From NCBI GenBank assembly GCA_028534125.1, contig CM052849.1, positions 18,414,001 through 18,478,000 on the forward strand: a stretch of DNA of 64,000 nucleotides. Reading direction: 5' to 3'. The notes beneath the pieces were generated by a model. The model was given only the letters and a program-made list of their open reading frames with translations, was not told the DNA's origin and did not search any database. Source of the stretch: Lama glama. Its lineage: Eukaryota. This document shows positions 49,936 through 62,292 of the stretch, piece after piece. A program made the position numbers and the translations under genes. Every line of letters starts with the position of its first letter. Positions within the stretch are counted from its first letter, which is position 1.

Positions 49936-50407
49936 TGCCAACTGAAAGTTGGCACCTGCCATTTGCCTCTGTGAGGGTTGTATCACGAGCCGCTGCAGCC
50001 ACCGACCTTCAGCACACCCTGAACAGAGTTCAAGTTGGAGGTCAGGAATGGAGCATTCCGTGCTCTGGGAAAAACTGGCAGAACAGGCCTGCAGATAGAT
50101 ATTTTCAGAAGATTTTATGAGCCCAAATTCTTGCATCTCTTATCTCGAAAAGTGCTAACATCATTACTGGAGATGACATCTCCTCGTGACTAATGGCAAC
50201 CTTCTGCAAAAATGTGTGCTTGATGGCATGTAGCACCCCCCCAACCAAAATCGCACATATGTACTGACCTCCCCTCTACTTCCTTGGAGCAGTGCCTTAG
50301 AGCTCCCTGAAATGCTGTCTCCTGGGCTATAGTCCTTGTTTTGCCCCCCAAAAAACTTAACTCACAACTCTCATGTTGTGCTTTTTAAAAAAAATTTTCA
50401 GTCAACA
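49936..50407 (+). mobile_element. Solo ERV1 LTR, MER41-like
   Basis: TGCCAAC...GTCAACA termini with a perfect 4-bp TSD CTAT (49932-49935 / 50408-50411). Internal gagcccaaattcttgcatct and tggagcagt...tgctgtctcctgggctatagtcct are typical of MER41-family LTRs. Confidence 0.85.
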
Positions 50408-50477
50408 CTATAAATGTAAGTAGGGTCGTCCAAAGCTTTGAGATACATGTTGGAATTTGGACTTTATTTATGAGCCC

Positions 50478-50661
50478 AGAATGGTAGCGAGAAGACATGC
50501 ACTTCACCACTACCTCACCTGTGCTCGTGGCAGACATCACTAATCGACCCCAGCACTGCTTCCCACTAGAGCCGGTTCTGTCTGAAGACAGAGCTCTGTT
50601 CAGCTGCCACTACTGGTTGATTTGAAGTGGCAGGTGAGATGCAGCCTAGTTCCTATTCCTG
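50478..50661. mobile_element. MER117-like hAT MITE
   Basis: gtggcagacatcactaatcgaccccagcactgcttcccac...gtggcaggtgagatgcagcctagttcctattcctg. Confidence 0.7.
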
Positions 50662-50849
50662 GCGGAGACCGTTGAGCTAGAAAGAGCTTTCAATGAGGAC
50701 TGGAGCATGGTGCAAAATGAAGCCCACCACGATCTGTACCCCAAAGTTCTATATACTTAAAACAATCAAACACAGGGATGAAAATCAGAACGTAGTCACT
50801 TCAGTGCCTTTCCAGTGGAGTCAGAGTCACACGACAGGTAATGTTTGGC

Positions 50850-51190
50850 CAGTGGTTGAAATGTGGTGACCCTGGAGGCAAATACAGCTCAAGATTTGAG
50901 TTGTTTGCTTAAAAAAAAAAAGTTTAATCACTTACTGATGATAAAAAAATTGGAAATTATACACTTCTTGTTTTTCTTGAAAAATGTGAAAATTCACAGA
51001 CGCTGCATCGGCATTCCCATCTGGGGGCAATCATTGTAGTCTGATCGGCTGCTGCCCCTTGGACGGGAGTATGCTCACCCCCATTTGCCGCAGTTGAAGA
51101 CATTCCCTGTTACTGACACCAGACCTACATACTTCACTAATCCGAGCTACCTGCCTGAACCCTGGAGGGATTTTAAAATTTCGATTCTTG
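50850..51190. mobile_element. MER102-like hAT MITE
   Basis: ttttcttgaaaaatgtgaa...gcattcccatctggggg...gctgctgccccttggacggg...cttcactaatccgagctacctgcctgaaccctg. Confidence 0.7.
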
Positions 51191-51619
51191 CTTATCTGTC
51201 TTAACACTATCTCATGAAATAGTGCTTGGAAGGGGGTCTTGAAAGATTATGGACAAATGGCATTTTGTAAATGAATTCTGAATTCTGTTACAGATGCGTT
51301 AGATGAAATGGAGATGTTTGGGTTTTGGGTTTGGTTTGGTTTTACTTTTTTTTTCCCTTCTCAGGCAAATTTAGATTTTCCCGTATCAGAACTTTTCAAA
51401 TTAAGAAACTCCTAAATTTTGTTAAGGGGATTCACTCCTCAGGCTGCGCTGAACAAGAACGCTTACAGCCAGGGAATTTTAACCGATCCTTCTAGTAACA
51501 GACACCGTTGAACATGGCATCTTCCACTAAGGCTTCCATTTCCTATGCATAAAATGAGCCTTAAGATTTCCAAAGCTGGTTCTGATCCTATAATTAAAAT
51601 TGGATGAAATTAAAATGCC

Positions 51620-51913
51620 TCGAGATGTTGGTCAAAAGATACAAACTTCCAGTTATAAGATGGGTAAGTTCCGGGGATGTAATTTACAGCACGGCCGCTG
51701 TAGTTAACAACCCCGTCTTGTACGTTTGAAATTTGCTGCGAGTAGATGGTGAATGGTCTCACCACACACGTGCACCGTGTGAGATGACGGATGTGTCAGA
51801 GAGCTTGATTGTGGTGATCACTTCACAACGGCCACATATATCAAATCATCACGCTGCTCATTTCAAATATACACTTTTATTGGTCAGTTACACCTCAATA
51901 AAACCGGAAAAAA
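51620..51913 (+). mobile_element. L1MA-like 3'UTR
   Basis: gatgttggtcaaaagatacaaacttccagttataagatg...tgaaatttgctgcgagtagat...cacctcaataaaaccggaaaaaaa. Confidence 0.85.
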
Positions 51914-53180
51914 ATGTCCTGAGTGGGGAATTGTGGGGGGAGGGAAGTAAACAGACATGGGGCCTGTAGGGGCGAACAAGCATGAGAAACCGTTCAAGTG
52001 AAGTAATGCAGACGGTGTTAGTGTGGGCTGGAGGAAGGGGACGTTCTAGAAATAGATGATGAAACCTGGAAAAGAGGGGAAGGTGAGGGGCAGAGCTTCT
52101 GGAATACATCTTATCTCTGTGTTTTCCTTCAATTCGGAGCTTGTCTTCCTGGCTGCTGGCGAGCTGGAGCCCCGAGTCCTGGCGTCGGGAGCAGGTCTCG
52201 TCGCCCGGACGGCCCCCAGCCCAGGCCCTGGGGAGGGGGAGAGGCCGCCCACAGGGGTGTCCACTGTCTCCCCCCAGGACCTGAACCGTTGTCAGCATCA
52301 CACGCTCTTAACGTGATAAGGAAAGAGTGAGCTCTGCTGCCTTGAGTCCTTAGGGAAACCCCTGCTGTCATTTCCGCTTTACAATCCTGGGCCCAGTCAT
52401 GAGGATTTAAATCCTTCAAACACGCGTCGAAAAGGCACCCCCGGCTCTGTGAGTGCGACCTTTTCAGTGCCGCAGGATGTAGGCGCTTGGCCATTTGTCT
52501 TCTTTCTTTTTAAATAACCGACCATCAAAGGGAGAGATGGGAGAGTCAGGAGGGGTGTTGGGGGGGTGGGGGGGGCAGGAAAGGGTCACAGATGCCTCGC
52601 TGCTGCCCACCAGCCACTGGTGTATCAGGGCCCCGAGCAGGTTTTACTGAGGATACGTCGTCTCCTGAAAACTTGTGTAACTGCAAATCTAGGGAAAGGT
52701 GACCCTCCCGGGCTCCCAGGCTGCACCGTCGACCTTGGGGTTTGACACCATTCATTCATTTTTTTTTTCTAGGAAGGAATTGAATCCTCTCTTGGGTAGC
52801 CTCTGATAATATGCTTAGAAGACACTGGATCTCCTAATAATTAGTTTTGAAGAACCCCACTCATCTGAGACATGATTAAAATGCTGTACGTATTTAATAT
52901 ACACACCCAGATAAGGTTGCAGATCGGTAACAACCATCGCCGCGATCTGCGCCATCCACACGTCCGTCGCCCGCACAGCCTCCTCCCACCCTCTGCATCA
53001 TTGTTGTCGTCCTGTTTCTGGTGATGAAAACACTCAGGGAATCCAAGAGCCTCCTGATTCAATCACCACCCATCTCAGGGCTGTAAAAAAAAATCAGCTT
53101 AACAAGGCTTTTCTTGTCTTAACGTGACTCATTTGGCTGGTGGGGGGGATGCAGTTTCTTCCATGTTGTTTATCTCTATG

Positions 53181-53417
53181 TAGCTGACCTTCAAACGACA
53201 CGGGTTTGAACTGCACGGTTCATTTGTATGTGGTTTTTTTCAGTAGTAAATACTACAGTCCCACACGATGCGAGCTTGATTGAATCCCTGGATGCAGAAC
53301 CTTGGACACAGAGGAACCAAACTGTGTACCAGGAGGGCCGGCTGCAAGTCACACATGGACTTACGGCTGCGGGGGGGGTCAGCACCCCTCACCCTCAAGA
53401 CGTTCAGGAGTCAACTG
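53181..53417. mobile_element. Tigger2-derived (TcMar) MITE
   Basis: Degenerate TIRs tagctgaccttcaaac / gttcaggagtcaactg with TA at the right flank (53418-53419). Internal acacgggtttgaactgcacgg. Confidence 0.8.
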
Positions 53418-54527
53418 TAATAGAAATTGGGTCTTTTAAAAAAAATCTCAGGGAACTTCAGCCAGTTTTGATGGCCGTACCCGAACTACTCCTGTCCTTA
53501 TATTAATTTACTATCTTCTCTAATTCTTCCCATCTTTACCGTGAACGCCTGGCAGAGAAGGGCTAGACGCTAACCTTCCTCGGCGCCTGGTCCCCAATTC
53601 CAGGTCCGGGCGACCCAGGATGGAGCAAAGATCACAAAACCTGATGCGTCCAGGAGCGAGGGCGGAGCACGTGTGCTACTTGTTTTTTATGAAGCACTAT
53701 GTCAACCCTACTGTTTTCCTTCTGAAACACATCCCTGTAGGGTTACCTGTGGCTTCCCCATGCTCGAGGGAGGTGTGGACCCGGATGATAAATAACCACC
53801 GACAGTCAGCTCGGCGGTGAAGCCCCAACAGGACCTCATGTTAAAACGGAGACAGTTACGAGTTCCAGCCAAGTAGAGCCGCGCGGGGTCCCTGGTTTAG
53901 TTTCCAGTTAGTCTGCATTTTCAACAGAGCCTAACGTTTTGAATGCTTAAGTGAAAGAGGCCAATTTAAAGATATTTCCTCAAATACTTTCGAACTGCTC
54001 TGTATAAATAAAATGAAATATTGAGCAAGATGCATCCGTGAACCCACGCGTTGACAACTCCTGGTGTAGACAAATGACTGAACCTCGTATCATTCAATAT
54101 CCATGCATTTGTGTTTGTGGAAATTTGCGGTTCAGAATTTCATTTGGGACAGATGTCCAGTTCCTTTTTTCTTAGCTTACAATGTATCTGTATTTATCTG
54201 ACATATAAAAGCCATATATTAAAGACTGTACATTTAAGGATACCTTAGAGGCACATATATGCATATTTCTTTGTACATGTGATGCATTTGGTCATGTATT
54301 GTTTTAACATAGAATTTGGGGCATGTTTGGTTCTCAAGAACACAGGCTGATTGGGCAGTTTAATTAGGATTGGTGAGAATCAAAATGAAAAGTACATGAC
54401 TTGTTATTCAAAATAGATTTTATACCCTTGGCTGATTTTTTTTTTCGTTAGTCCGTATCCCTGCCTCCTTTATTTTTAAAAAAATATTTAATTTATTTTA
54501 TTATTGTATTACTTAATTCTTTTATTT

Positions 54528-54636
54528 GGAGGGGGGCAGTAATTAGGTTTGTTTATTTCTAGAGGAGGTACTGGGGATTAAACCCAGGACCTCATGCACG
54601 CTAAGCACGCACTCCACCGCTGAGCTGTACCCTCCC
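54528..54636 (-). mobile_element. Vic-1-type SINE
   Basis: gtaattaggtttg...ggaggtactggggattaaacccaggacctcatgcacgctaagcacgcactccaccgctgagctgtaccctccc. Confidence 0.9.
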
Positions 54637-54644
54637 ACTCATTT

Positions 54645-54790
54645 ATGTAACTTATTTGTTGCCTGTCTCCCCCGCTGGAATTTAAGCCCCGTGAGGGTAG
54701 AAGATTTTCTCTGTATCATTCACATACATCCCCGATACCCAGAATAGGACCTGTCACAATATTGTAACTCATTAAATAATTACTGAATAT
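54645..54790 (+). mobile_element. L2a-like 3' end
   Basis: tgtctccccgctggaatttaagccccgtgagggtaga...cccagaataggacctgtcaca...ctcattaaataattactgaat. Confidence 0.7.
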
Positions 54791-55147
54791 TTGAACGAAA
54801 AGGTGAGCTGCGTTTTTGGAGACCGTTTGTTAGAAAGTCTGGAAGGATAACCACAGCTCCCTGGTACGTGGCCACATATCAGCTTGGCCTGTTTGGTTCA
54901 CGTGTTTGTACCAGCGTGATTCCTAGTGGCCCTTCCCCAAGCCCCTGCCCAGGGGGGCGGCAGACCAGGGTGGGCGTGGCCGGGCACGGCTCCAAGCGCC
55001 TTTCTGGGGCTTACCTTTCCCAGGCCGCCTGCGTGTAGGCGTGGCCACGTGCATCAGCCCTGTCCGTGACACCAGCGAGAACAGGGTCCCTGCCACTTCG
55101 GGGCCACGGCTTTTAGGGGCGCTCAGCCCCCTTCTGCCCCGCCACGA

Positions 55148-55550
55148 TGTTGGAGCTTTCTGAGGCTGCTATAACCAAATGCCGCAGACTGGGCGGCTTG
55201 AACAGCAGGCATTTATTTCACACAGTTTTGGAGGCTGGACGTCCAAGACTGAGATTCTGTCAGATTTAATTTCCAGTGAGATTTCTCTTCCTGGGCTAGA
55301 GACAGCTGCCTTCTCTGTGNNNNNNNNNNNNNNNNNNNNNNNNNNNNNNNNNNNNNNNNNNNNNNNNNNNNNNNNNNNNNNNNNNNNNNNNNNNNNNNNN
55401 NNNNNNNNNNNNNNNNNNNNNNNNNNNNNNNNNNNNNNNNNNNNNNNNNNNNNNNNNNNNNNNNNNNNNNNNNNNNNNNTGCAGTCAAGTTGAGAGTTAC
55501 GGCTTCAACAAATGAGTTTGGGGGATGGAGAGGCCATTCAGTCCACAACA
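55148..55550 (-). mobile_element. MaLR solo LTR (MLT1A/A0-like), centre masked by 160 N
   Basis: ggctgctataaccaaatgccgcagactgggcggcttgaacagcaggcatttatttcacacagttttggaggctgg ... ggcttcaacaaatgagtttggggg...cattcagtccacaaca. Confidence 0.82.
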
Positions 55551-55769
55551 CCCATTTTCTCCATGGCCCCCAACAGAAACTGAACAGCCAAGGATGGGGA
55601 TGACTCTCAGAGAGAAGACTGGGCTCTGAGGCTCCTTCCCGGGGCCCAGATCTTTGTGGGAGGCAGCCAGTCCTCAGGAGCCCAGGTCTCAAGAAAGCAG
55701 CGTCCACAGAGGATAACAGTCATTTGGGCTTGGGGTTCAGATGGCTCTGACTCTGCTGTATTAACGTGG

Positions 55770-56240
55770 AGGGAAGCCTCAGAGTGTGCTGAGGATCATG
55801 GTCTCAGAGCCAGACATAGCCAATGACTGCAAGTTTTACAGAAGGAAATTATTAATTTCTCCGAGACTGGGTGACCTTATCTAAAATGTGAATCATAATA
55901 GTACCTGCTCATTGGTTTGCTGCAACGTCTGAATGAAACAATGCATGTTGAGCGTCCATTCATTCTCCACCCTCCTGTTCTTCCTGATCTGTAAGATTCC
56001 TTCTCAGCTACCCCACCTGTCAACAGAAACCAACATTTGTTATCAGATCGGAAGTGCGGGCTGTGGAGTCACACGGGGTTTGGCCCTTAAGTGTCGTGTG
56101 GCCTTGGACAAGCTACTTAACCTCTCTATTCCTCAAACTGGGGGTGCTCATTCCACACGGAGTTGTTCTGAAAATTGAATGTCATCCTGTGTATAACACA
56201 CATAAAGCAATGCCTGGTGCAGGACAGGCATACGATAAAT
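55770..56240 (+). mobile_element. Two MIR fragments (~55770-55950 and ~56060-56240)
   Basis: tctaaaatgtgaatcataatagtacctgctcattgg and tgtggccttggacaagctacttaacctctct. Confidence 0.6.
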
Positions 56241-56254
56241 TACACGTTTTTGTG

Positions 56255-56927
56255 GTATTTTATTTTTTAAAAAAATTTACTGAAATGTAATTGACTTACA
56301 ATGTTAGTTTCAGGTGTAGCAAAGTGATTCAGTTATACATATGCACACATATGTATTTTCTTTTCAGATTCTTTTCTAATTATATGTTATTACAAGAAAT
56401 TGAATATAGTTCCCTGTGCTGTACAGTAGGTCCTTGCTGTTTATCTATTTTATGTTTAGTAATGTGTGTCTGTTAATCCTCAGTTCCTAATTTATTCCTC
56501 CCCACCCTTCCCCCTTTGATAACCATAGTTTATTTCTATGTCTGTGAGTCGATTTCTGGTTTGTAAATAAAATTTGTATCATTTTATAGATTCCACATAC
56601 AAGTGATACCATATGATATTGGTCTTTCTCTGTCTGACTTACTTCACTTAATATGATCATCTCTAAGTCCATCCATCTTGCTACACATGGTGTTATTTCA
56701 TTCTTTTTTATGGCTGAGTAATATTCCACTGTGTGTGTGTATAGTATATATATACTACATCTTCTTTATCTTTCTTTTTATTAAAGTCTAGTTGATTTAC
56801 AATGTTGTGTTAGTTCCTGGTGTACAACATAGTGATTCATATATATATATACACATATTCTTTTTCATATTCTTTATCATTATAGGTTATTACGAGATAT
56901 TGAATATAGTTCCCTGTGCTAAACAGC
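56255..56927 (-). mobile_element. Two tandem L1 3' ends (~56255-56770 including the ORF2 C-terminus, and ~56771-56927)
   Basis: ORF 56487-56729 MEYYSAIKKNEITPCVARWMDLEMIILSEVSQTEKDQYHMVSLVCGI is the L1 ORF2 end. A second 3' terminus tagttgatttacaatgttgtgttagtt starts near 56790. Confidence 0.9.
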
Positions 56928-56943
56928 ACTTTCAAATTGATTG

Positions 56944-57195
56944 AAACATTTCTCACCCTGGGGTGACTTTTTTCTCCAGGGGACACTTGGCAATATCTAG
57001 AAACACCTTTGGTTGCCAGGATGGGAGTGGAGGGGAGCTGGGAAGGATGGGACTGGCATCCAGTCAGTAAACACCCAGCATACTGCTAACCAGCCTTCAG
57101 CGCATAGCACCCCTCGCCACCCCTTAAAAAAATAAAAACATAAAAAAAGAATTTTCTGGCCCCAAGTGCCCATCACGTGAGGCTGCAAAACCCTG
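56944..57195. mobile_element. MER20
   Basis: tttctcaccctggggtgactttt...ccaggggacacttggcaatatctagaaacac...actggcatccagtcagta...ctggccccaagtgcc...gaggctgcaaaaccctg. Confidence 0.82.
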
Positions 57196-57649
57196 GCCTA
57201 GTGAATGATTCCAGGAGATCTGTGTGCTTTTCCCAAATGGAGAGCTTGCCCTCAGGCAGCTGAGCTGGACTGTAAAGCTGTCATTCCACCTGCTCTTTTC
57301 AAAAGATGTTTTCAAGGTCTGTCTATTCAGCTCGTCCAGAATTGGCAAAGCCATTCTGGAACTCCATTTCTGTAACCAAATCGCCTAAGCAAGACAGGGA
57401 CTGAGGTGCACAGCAGTCACCTCCCCTTGGAAAGTGGGAGTTGGTTGGGGGCACATCGTGAGGGAGGACCAGTGGGAATTAGGCAGGGATGATGAGGGCC
57501 GGGATGAGAAGCCCTGAGCAAAATGCAGCCGTTCCCACGATATGACCACGGGATTCTCAACACGGCTGGAAATGCACTGTCCCCAAAGACGACCTCGTGG
57601 AGGGAGCCTTTACGGATAAGAGAGGGTTGTCAAGAGCAGCATGGGCCCT

Positions 57650-58090
57650 AGCGCAGTCATCATTTTTATTGTGAAAACTTGATCTGTTCGAAGTGAAGAA
57701 ACGAACAGCAGGGCTGAAGATCAGGTGAAACCCCAGTGGGAGACGAGGCTGACTTTTCACTGTTCTCCAATTCAGCGTGGCTAATAATCAAGCGGAAAGT
57801 CATTAAACGTTGATCTGCTCTAATTGCTTCTGGCTAATTTAATTAGGCCCCCGAGCTGTGTCCATCCTTCCTCCCCCACCCCAAACAAGTCAGTTTAAAA
57901 CAAACAGGCGCTGTACGCTGAGATATCTAAATTGGAACAGAGAGAAAGAATCTGAGATGGTTCTTTAATGCGATTCTCTGGGAGTCATAGCTCATCCTGC
58001 CTGAATGTGTCTGGGTGTTTAGTGGCTGAGGTGTCAAATTACTGATTGGAAAAATCGATTCGATTCTCCCCAGAATGTATCCTGTCTTTT
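57650..58090. promoter_or_regulatory. Candidate enhancer with a palindromic paired-homeodomain P3 site
   Basis: TAATTTAATTA (TAAT-N3-ATTA) at 57835-57845, with further TAAT cores at ~57782-57825. Confidence 0.4.
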
Positions 58091-58954
58091 CAACAGGATG
58101 GAAGAGCTTAGACTAATACTGAGGCAGGTACTAATATCCGTGTCTCGAGGGGATGAGCTGTGACCTTGTGAGGTCCCAAAATAGGAGGCATAGACCCTCG
58201 AGGAAGGACCAGATCATCTGAAATGCCCGGATTCCATGGCCCTGGGATGCGGCCTTGGAAATCTACCCCAAAATGCAAGGACGGAGAACCAGCGACCATT
58301 GGAAAGTACCAGACTTTAAACTCAGAGCCCCATGAAATTTGAGAAAAGGCAAATTTTGACATTTTTCTTTTTTAGAAATGAACAGCATCTTTGGCAATCC
58401 ACAGAAGTGTGAAAGACGCCTTCCCATTTTATGTGACAATGTTAGGATTACACTGAAGGCCGTGTCTTTCAGGGGAAGAACTGCTTGTTCCAAGAGCAGC
58501 AAATACTTGTGGCTAATTTCACCCGGAATCTACACATAAGTGAGACGATTTTTTTGTCTCCACTCAAATAATAATTCTAGTCCTTCTCGCTGTCGATACA
58601 ACGCACACGGTTCTCGAACCCAGCAGACTTTCTGTAAAATCAGACCCGTGTAATGTAATGCGCATCATCTTCCCCACAAAAGGGTGGTGGTATTTTAAAT
58701 GGATGGTGGCAAGGTATGCAAAGATACAAATCACAGAGATCCATATCGGCGCTGCAGGGGATACACTCAGACACCAAAAGGGACATTGGAAGAGGAACAT
58801 CTTTAAACAAAAGCCTGCATTGAAAGGACCCGCTTTGCGCCGACTCTTAAGGCATTTGGAGTGTTTGAAACGTAGCAACTGTGACCTGCAAGGCAGTCGT
58901 CCTGCAGCGAGACGAAAATCTCATCTACTGTCATTGCCCTCGTACTATGTTTTA

Positions 58955-59250
58955 GCTACGCTGACCTTTTTTTCAGCTTCTGTTTTTCTGCTTTATTTTA
59001 GAACATGCCCAAATCGCTCTCAACTTAGAATCTTTTTCTTTGCTGGTTTTTTTTTTTTTTTTTGCCCTGGTGCACCTCCGTCCTGGTCACCAGGGAGCCC
59101 ACATTGTACTCATTCCTCACCTCAAACGCCACAAGGTCTGTAAGTCTCTTCATAATGCTTTCCCAGTAGCACCAGCAGCCACCGCTGGTCACACTGTTTG
59201 AGCACTTGGCTTTACTTCCTTCACATCGTGTAACCTTGCTGACGTGCTCT
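58955..59250 (+). mobile_element. L2 fragment, degraded
   Basis: gctacgctgaccttttt...gaacatgcccaaatcgctctc...ggctttacttccttcacatcgtgtaacc. Confidence 0.4.
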
Positions 59251-61324
59251 TGTTAGATTTCATTTTAAAATAAAATGCAACAGTTAAGATATTTACATAA
59301 CATAGATCATAAATCAACATATAGTTAAACTCAACAGCGTGTGCCATTTATGCAACCTATGTTCTATCTGCAAACATACAAATACATTCTTATACCGTAT
59401 TTATTATGATATATTGACACACACATTACATTTACATCTCATAGCTCCCTATAAGTGAGTCAGTTTGAACGGTAAGCGTTATTGGTGGCTAAGATTAAAA
59501 AAGAACAGACAAAGCTGCCCTTTGAATTTTGAAAAACACTATACTTTTTCCAAATACATTAACCCCGAGTCTTTCCCGGTCTCTGGATCCGGCTGCCAAT
59601 TTTCAAGGAATGTGAAACCAAGGGAAATCCGAGATCTGGGAAGTCTGTGGGCCACGGGGCTCATATTCATCAGAGAAACGTAAAGAAATGGAAGTGAAGG
59701 GATGGCAGTATGTCTCTCGATTAAAAGCGATTGAAAGATATCCAATTTTTAAACAGTAGGCAAGACCCAGCTGCTTGGACTACGGATGCAGAGTGATAAA
59801 CTGTGAAAAGGAAAGGGGCCGCCCTTTAAGGCTGCGGGCGGGGACACAATTTCACATCTGCCTCCTTCCAGGAAACCAGCGAGGCACCGGGGCTTGGGGG
59901 CGGGGGTCCAGCTCATACTTGCCGGCTGCACGGGGGGGTGGGGGGGTGGGCAGGAATCGGAAGAAGTAAACGGCGGGGTTCTGCATCGCGATTTCTGTCC
60001 CTGTCGTGCGCAGACCGCGGTCACCAAGGTCTCAGCCCAGAGCTTGGGGCGTGGCTGGAGCCTGCTAACGGCAGCCTGCGAGCTGGCTGCATTTCTTTTA
60101 AAACAGAGTTGCCTATGTGTTGCTCAGGAGGCCGTCAGTGGAAGTACCTCCAACATAAAACTCACGATAATTAACAGGGGCATGTTTGAAGTTCATTAGC
60201 ACAACATTTGGTAAGCGAATCCAAATTAATAGTACAGACAGGAGTAAAGCGTGGAGGTATCGCCACATCTAAGGGAAAAAATCACGCAAAGAAAGATGGA
60301 TACAGGCCCCGTTTTATGCTGACCCAAGAGGATAATGAGCATTCCTTTTTCATAATCATCATTCATTTATTCTTTGTTTTCCAGTGTTGATCAGCCTTCT
60401 TGGAATTAGCCACTGGATGACGGCAAAATCCGATTTCTTTTCAATATTTCATAATTCAGACCTTAACACGATCTTAAATTCCCCTCAATGAGTCAGCACC
60501 GAAGAGGTTTCGCTGGACTTCTGGGTCCTCAATGGAGTTTTCTTTGAAGAGACAGGAGACTCTGTAAACCTGCACTCTGCCACACTCCAGCCTTCCTGGC
60601 CTCAGTCATTCCTTCCAGAAAATCTCCTCCTCTTTCATGAAACCCCAGGCTCCAGACCAGTAGGAGGGGAAGAGGGGGTGTAGCCTGCCTCGCAGCCCTT
60701 GTTCCAGCCTGTCCTGATGCAGGAGTGTGCCCGTGTTTCGTCCGGGGGAAGGGCTCCACTTTTTCTGCACAATTTCACACTGAAGACCCAGCCTCAGATC
60801 CACAGCGTGGAGCCCAGGAGGATTCTGAGGACAGAAGAGGTTGTCTGCTCTTAGAGGGACGGGTTCAGAGCGGTCCTGCTAGGGACGGGGCAGCGGACTG
60901 CAAGGTAAGTCCCCGCCGTCCTTCATACATCCCTGGGTCCTGCTGGGACGGGGTCTTGCCCGCGCCCTGATCCGCAGGGCGGATCGTGGTTGCTCTAAGT
61001 CATGGTGACTCATCCCCTTTGACCGTGACTATTCCACGGTTGGGCGTGGGATGCAGTCCTGGCCCTTGAGACAGAAGGAGGCTCAGAGGCGGTCCCAGAT
61101 GGACCAGTGTTTCCAGGAAAACGCCTTTCCTGGGCTGAGGGCAGGGGTGACCCTAACCCACTGCATTTCATGCTTGGGAGGCCAATGCCTGAGGGGTTTG
61201 ATGTTCGAGGTTCCCCCATCTTGCAGTCACTCAGGAAGGCGCTCAGAAGTGCAGACACAGCCTGAGAGCTCCTTCCAGGGGCTGAAACACCCTGGAGTTG
61301 CCCCCTGCAGACTGCTCCTCATGG

Positions 61325-61700
61325 GAAAAAATTTTTTAAATCTCTGTTTTTAAGGGGCTATTGATTGGGATTCTGATACCTGCAGTGATACAAAATCTAA
61401 CCGCCACAAACACAGGCATTTCTAGTTAGATTCTGCTTCTTGCAGAGGCTCTGGGCTTAGGGCCAGGTCTCTCCAGGTTAAAAATGGGTATTAGCAAATG
61501 GCAGAGCTGTTAACGATTTCTCTCTTCAAACTGATCTTTTCCCCTTGTTGTAATGGAAAGGACTAAAAGAGAATTGAAGAGGGAATACAGTTTCTCACCG
61601 TGTGAGTTTCAGCTCTAATGTTCTGTCTGGCGGCAGGGAGGTTGCCTACAGCCACACTGGACACCACCCAGGGACAGTCCCCACACTTTAGAAAATGCTG
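61325..61700. mobile_element. MER113-like hAT MITE
   Basis: ttctagttagattctg...aggctctgggc...aaaagagaattgaagagggaatacagtttctcac...ccacactttagaaaatgctg. Confidence 0.7.
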
Positions 61701-61884
61701 TTTAATTATATAGTGGCCAGAATCCTTTTTTTTTTAACAATACCAAGGAATATGGAATATTTAGGTCAAAACAGAAGGTTTCGGAGAGTATGAACTCTTG
61801 CGTTATTCATCACGACTTTCGTAAATTGTAGTTTTAGTAATTATAGGATGCACGCGGACACATGAACTTCTGGATTCCTCTGTC

Positions 61885-62292
61885 ATTTTATTTATTTTTG
61901 CTTTTTGATCCAATATTTTAATAGATTATAGTCCATTTAAAGCTAATACAAAACAGTGGCTATTTTCCCTGTGCTGCACAATGTGTCTTTTTGTTGCATA
62001 TCTGTTTTATGCAGAGTAGTCTGTACCTCTCAGCCCACTACCCCCCACTCTTCCCTCTCCCCACTGGTCACCACTAGCTTGTTCTCTGCACCTGTGAGTC
62101 TGTTCTGTTTTGCTATAGACATTCTTTTGCTGTATTTTTGTTTAGCTTCCGCGTATAAGTGATAACATACAGTATTTGTCTTTCTCTGTCTGACTTATTT
62201 CACTGAGTGTAATACCCTCCAGGTCCATCCGTGTTGTTGCCAGTGGCAGAATTTCATTCTTGTTCCTGGCCGAATAATATTTCATTGCACAC
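61885..62292 (-). mobile_element. L1 3' fragment
   Basis: gtggctattttccctgtgctgcacaat...gtatttgtctttctctgtctgacttatttcactgag...ccaggtccatccgtgttgttgc. Confidence 0.85.

Noticed and set aside
58658-59143. 161-aa ATG ORF
   Set aside because: No recognisable homology. It runs into an L2-like fragment and a poly(T) tract (FFFFF).
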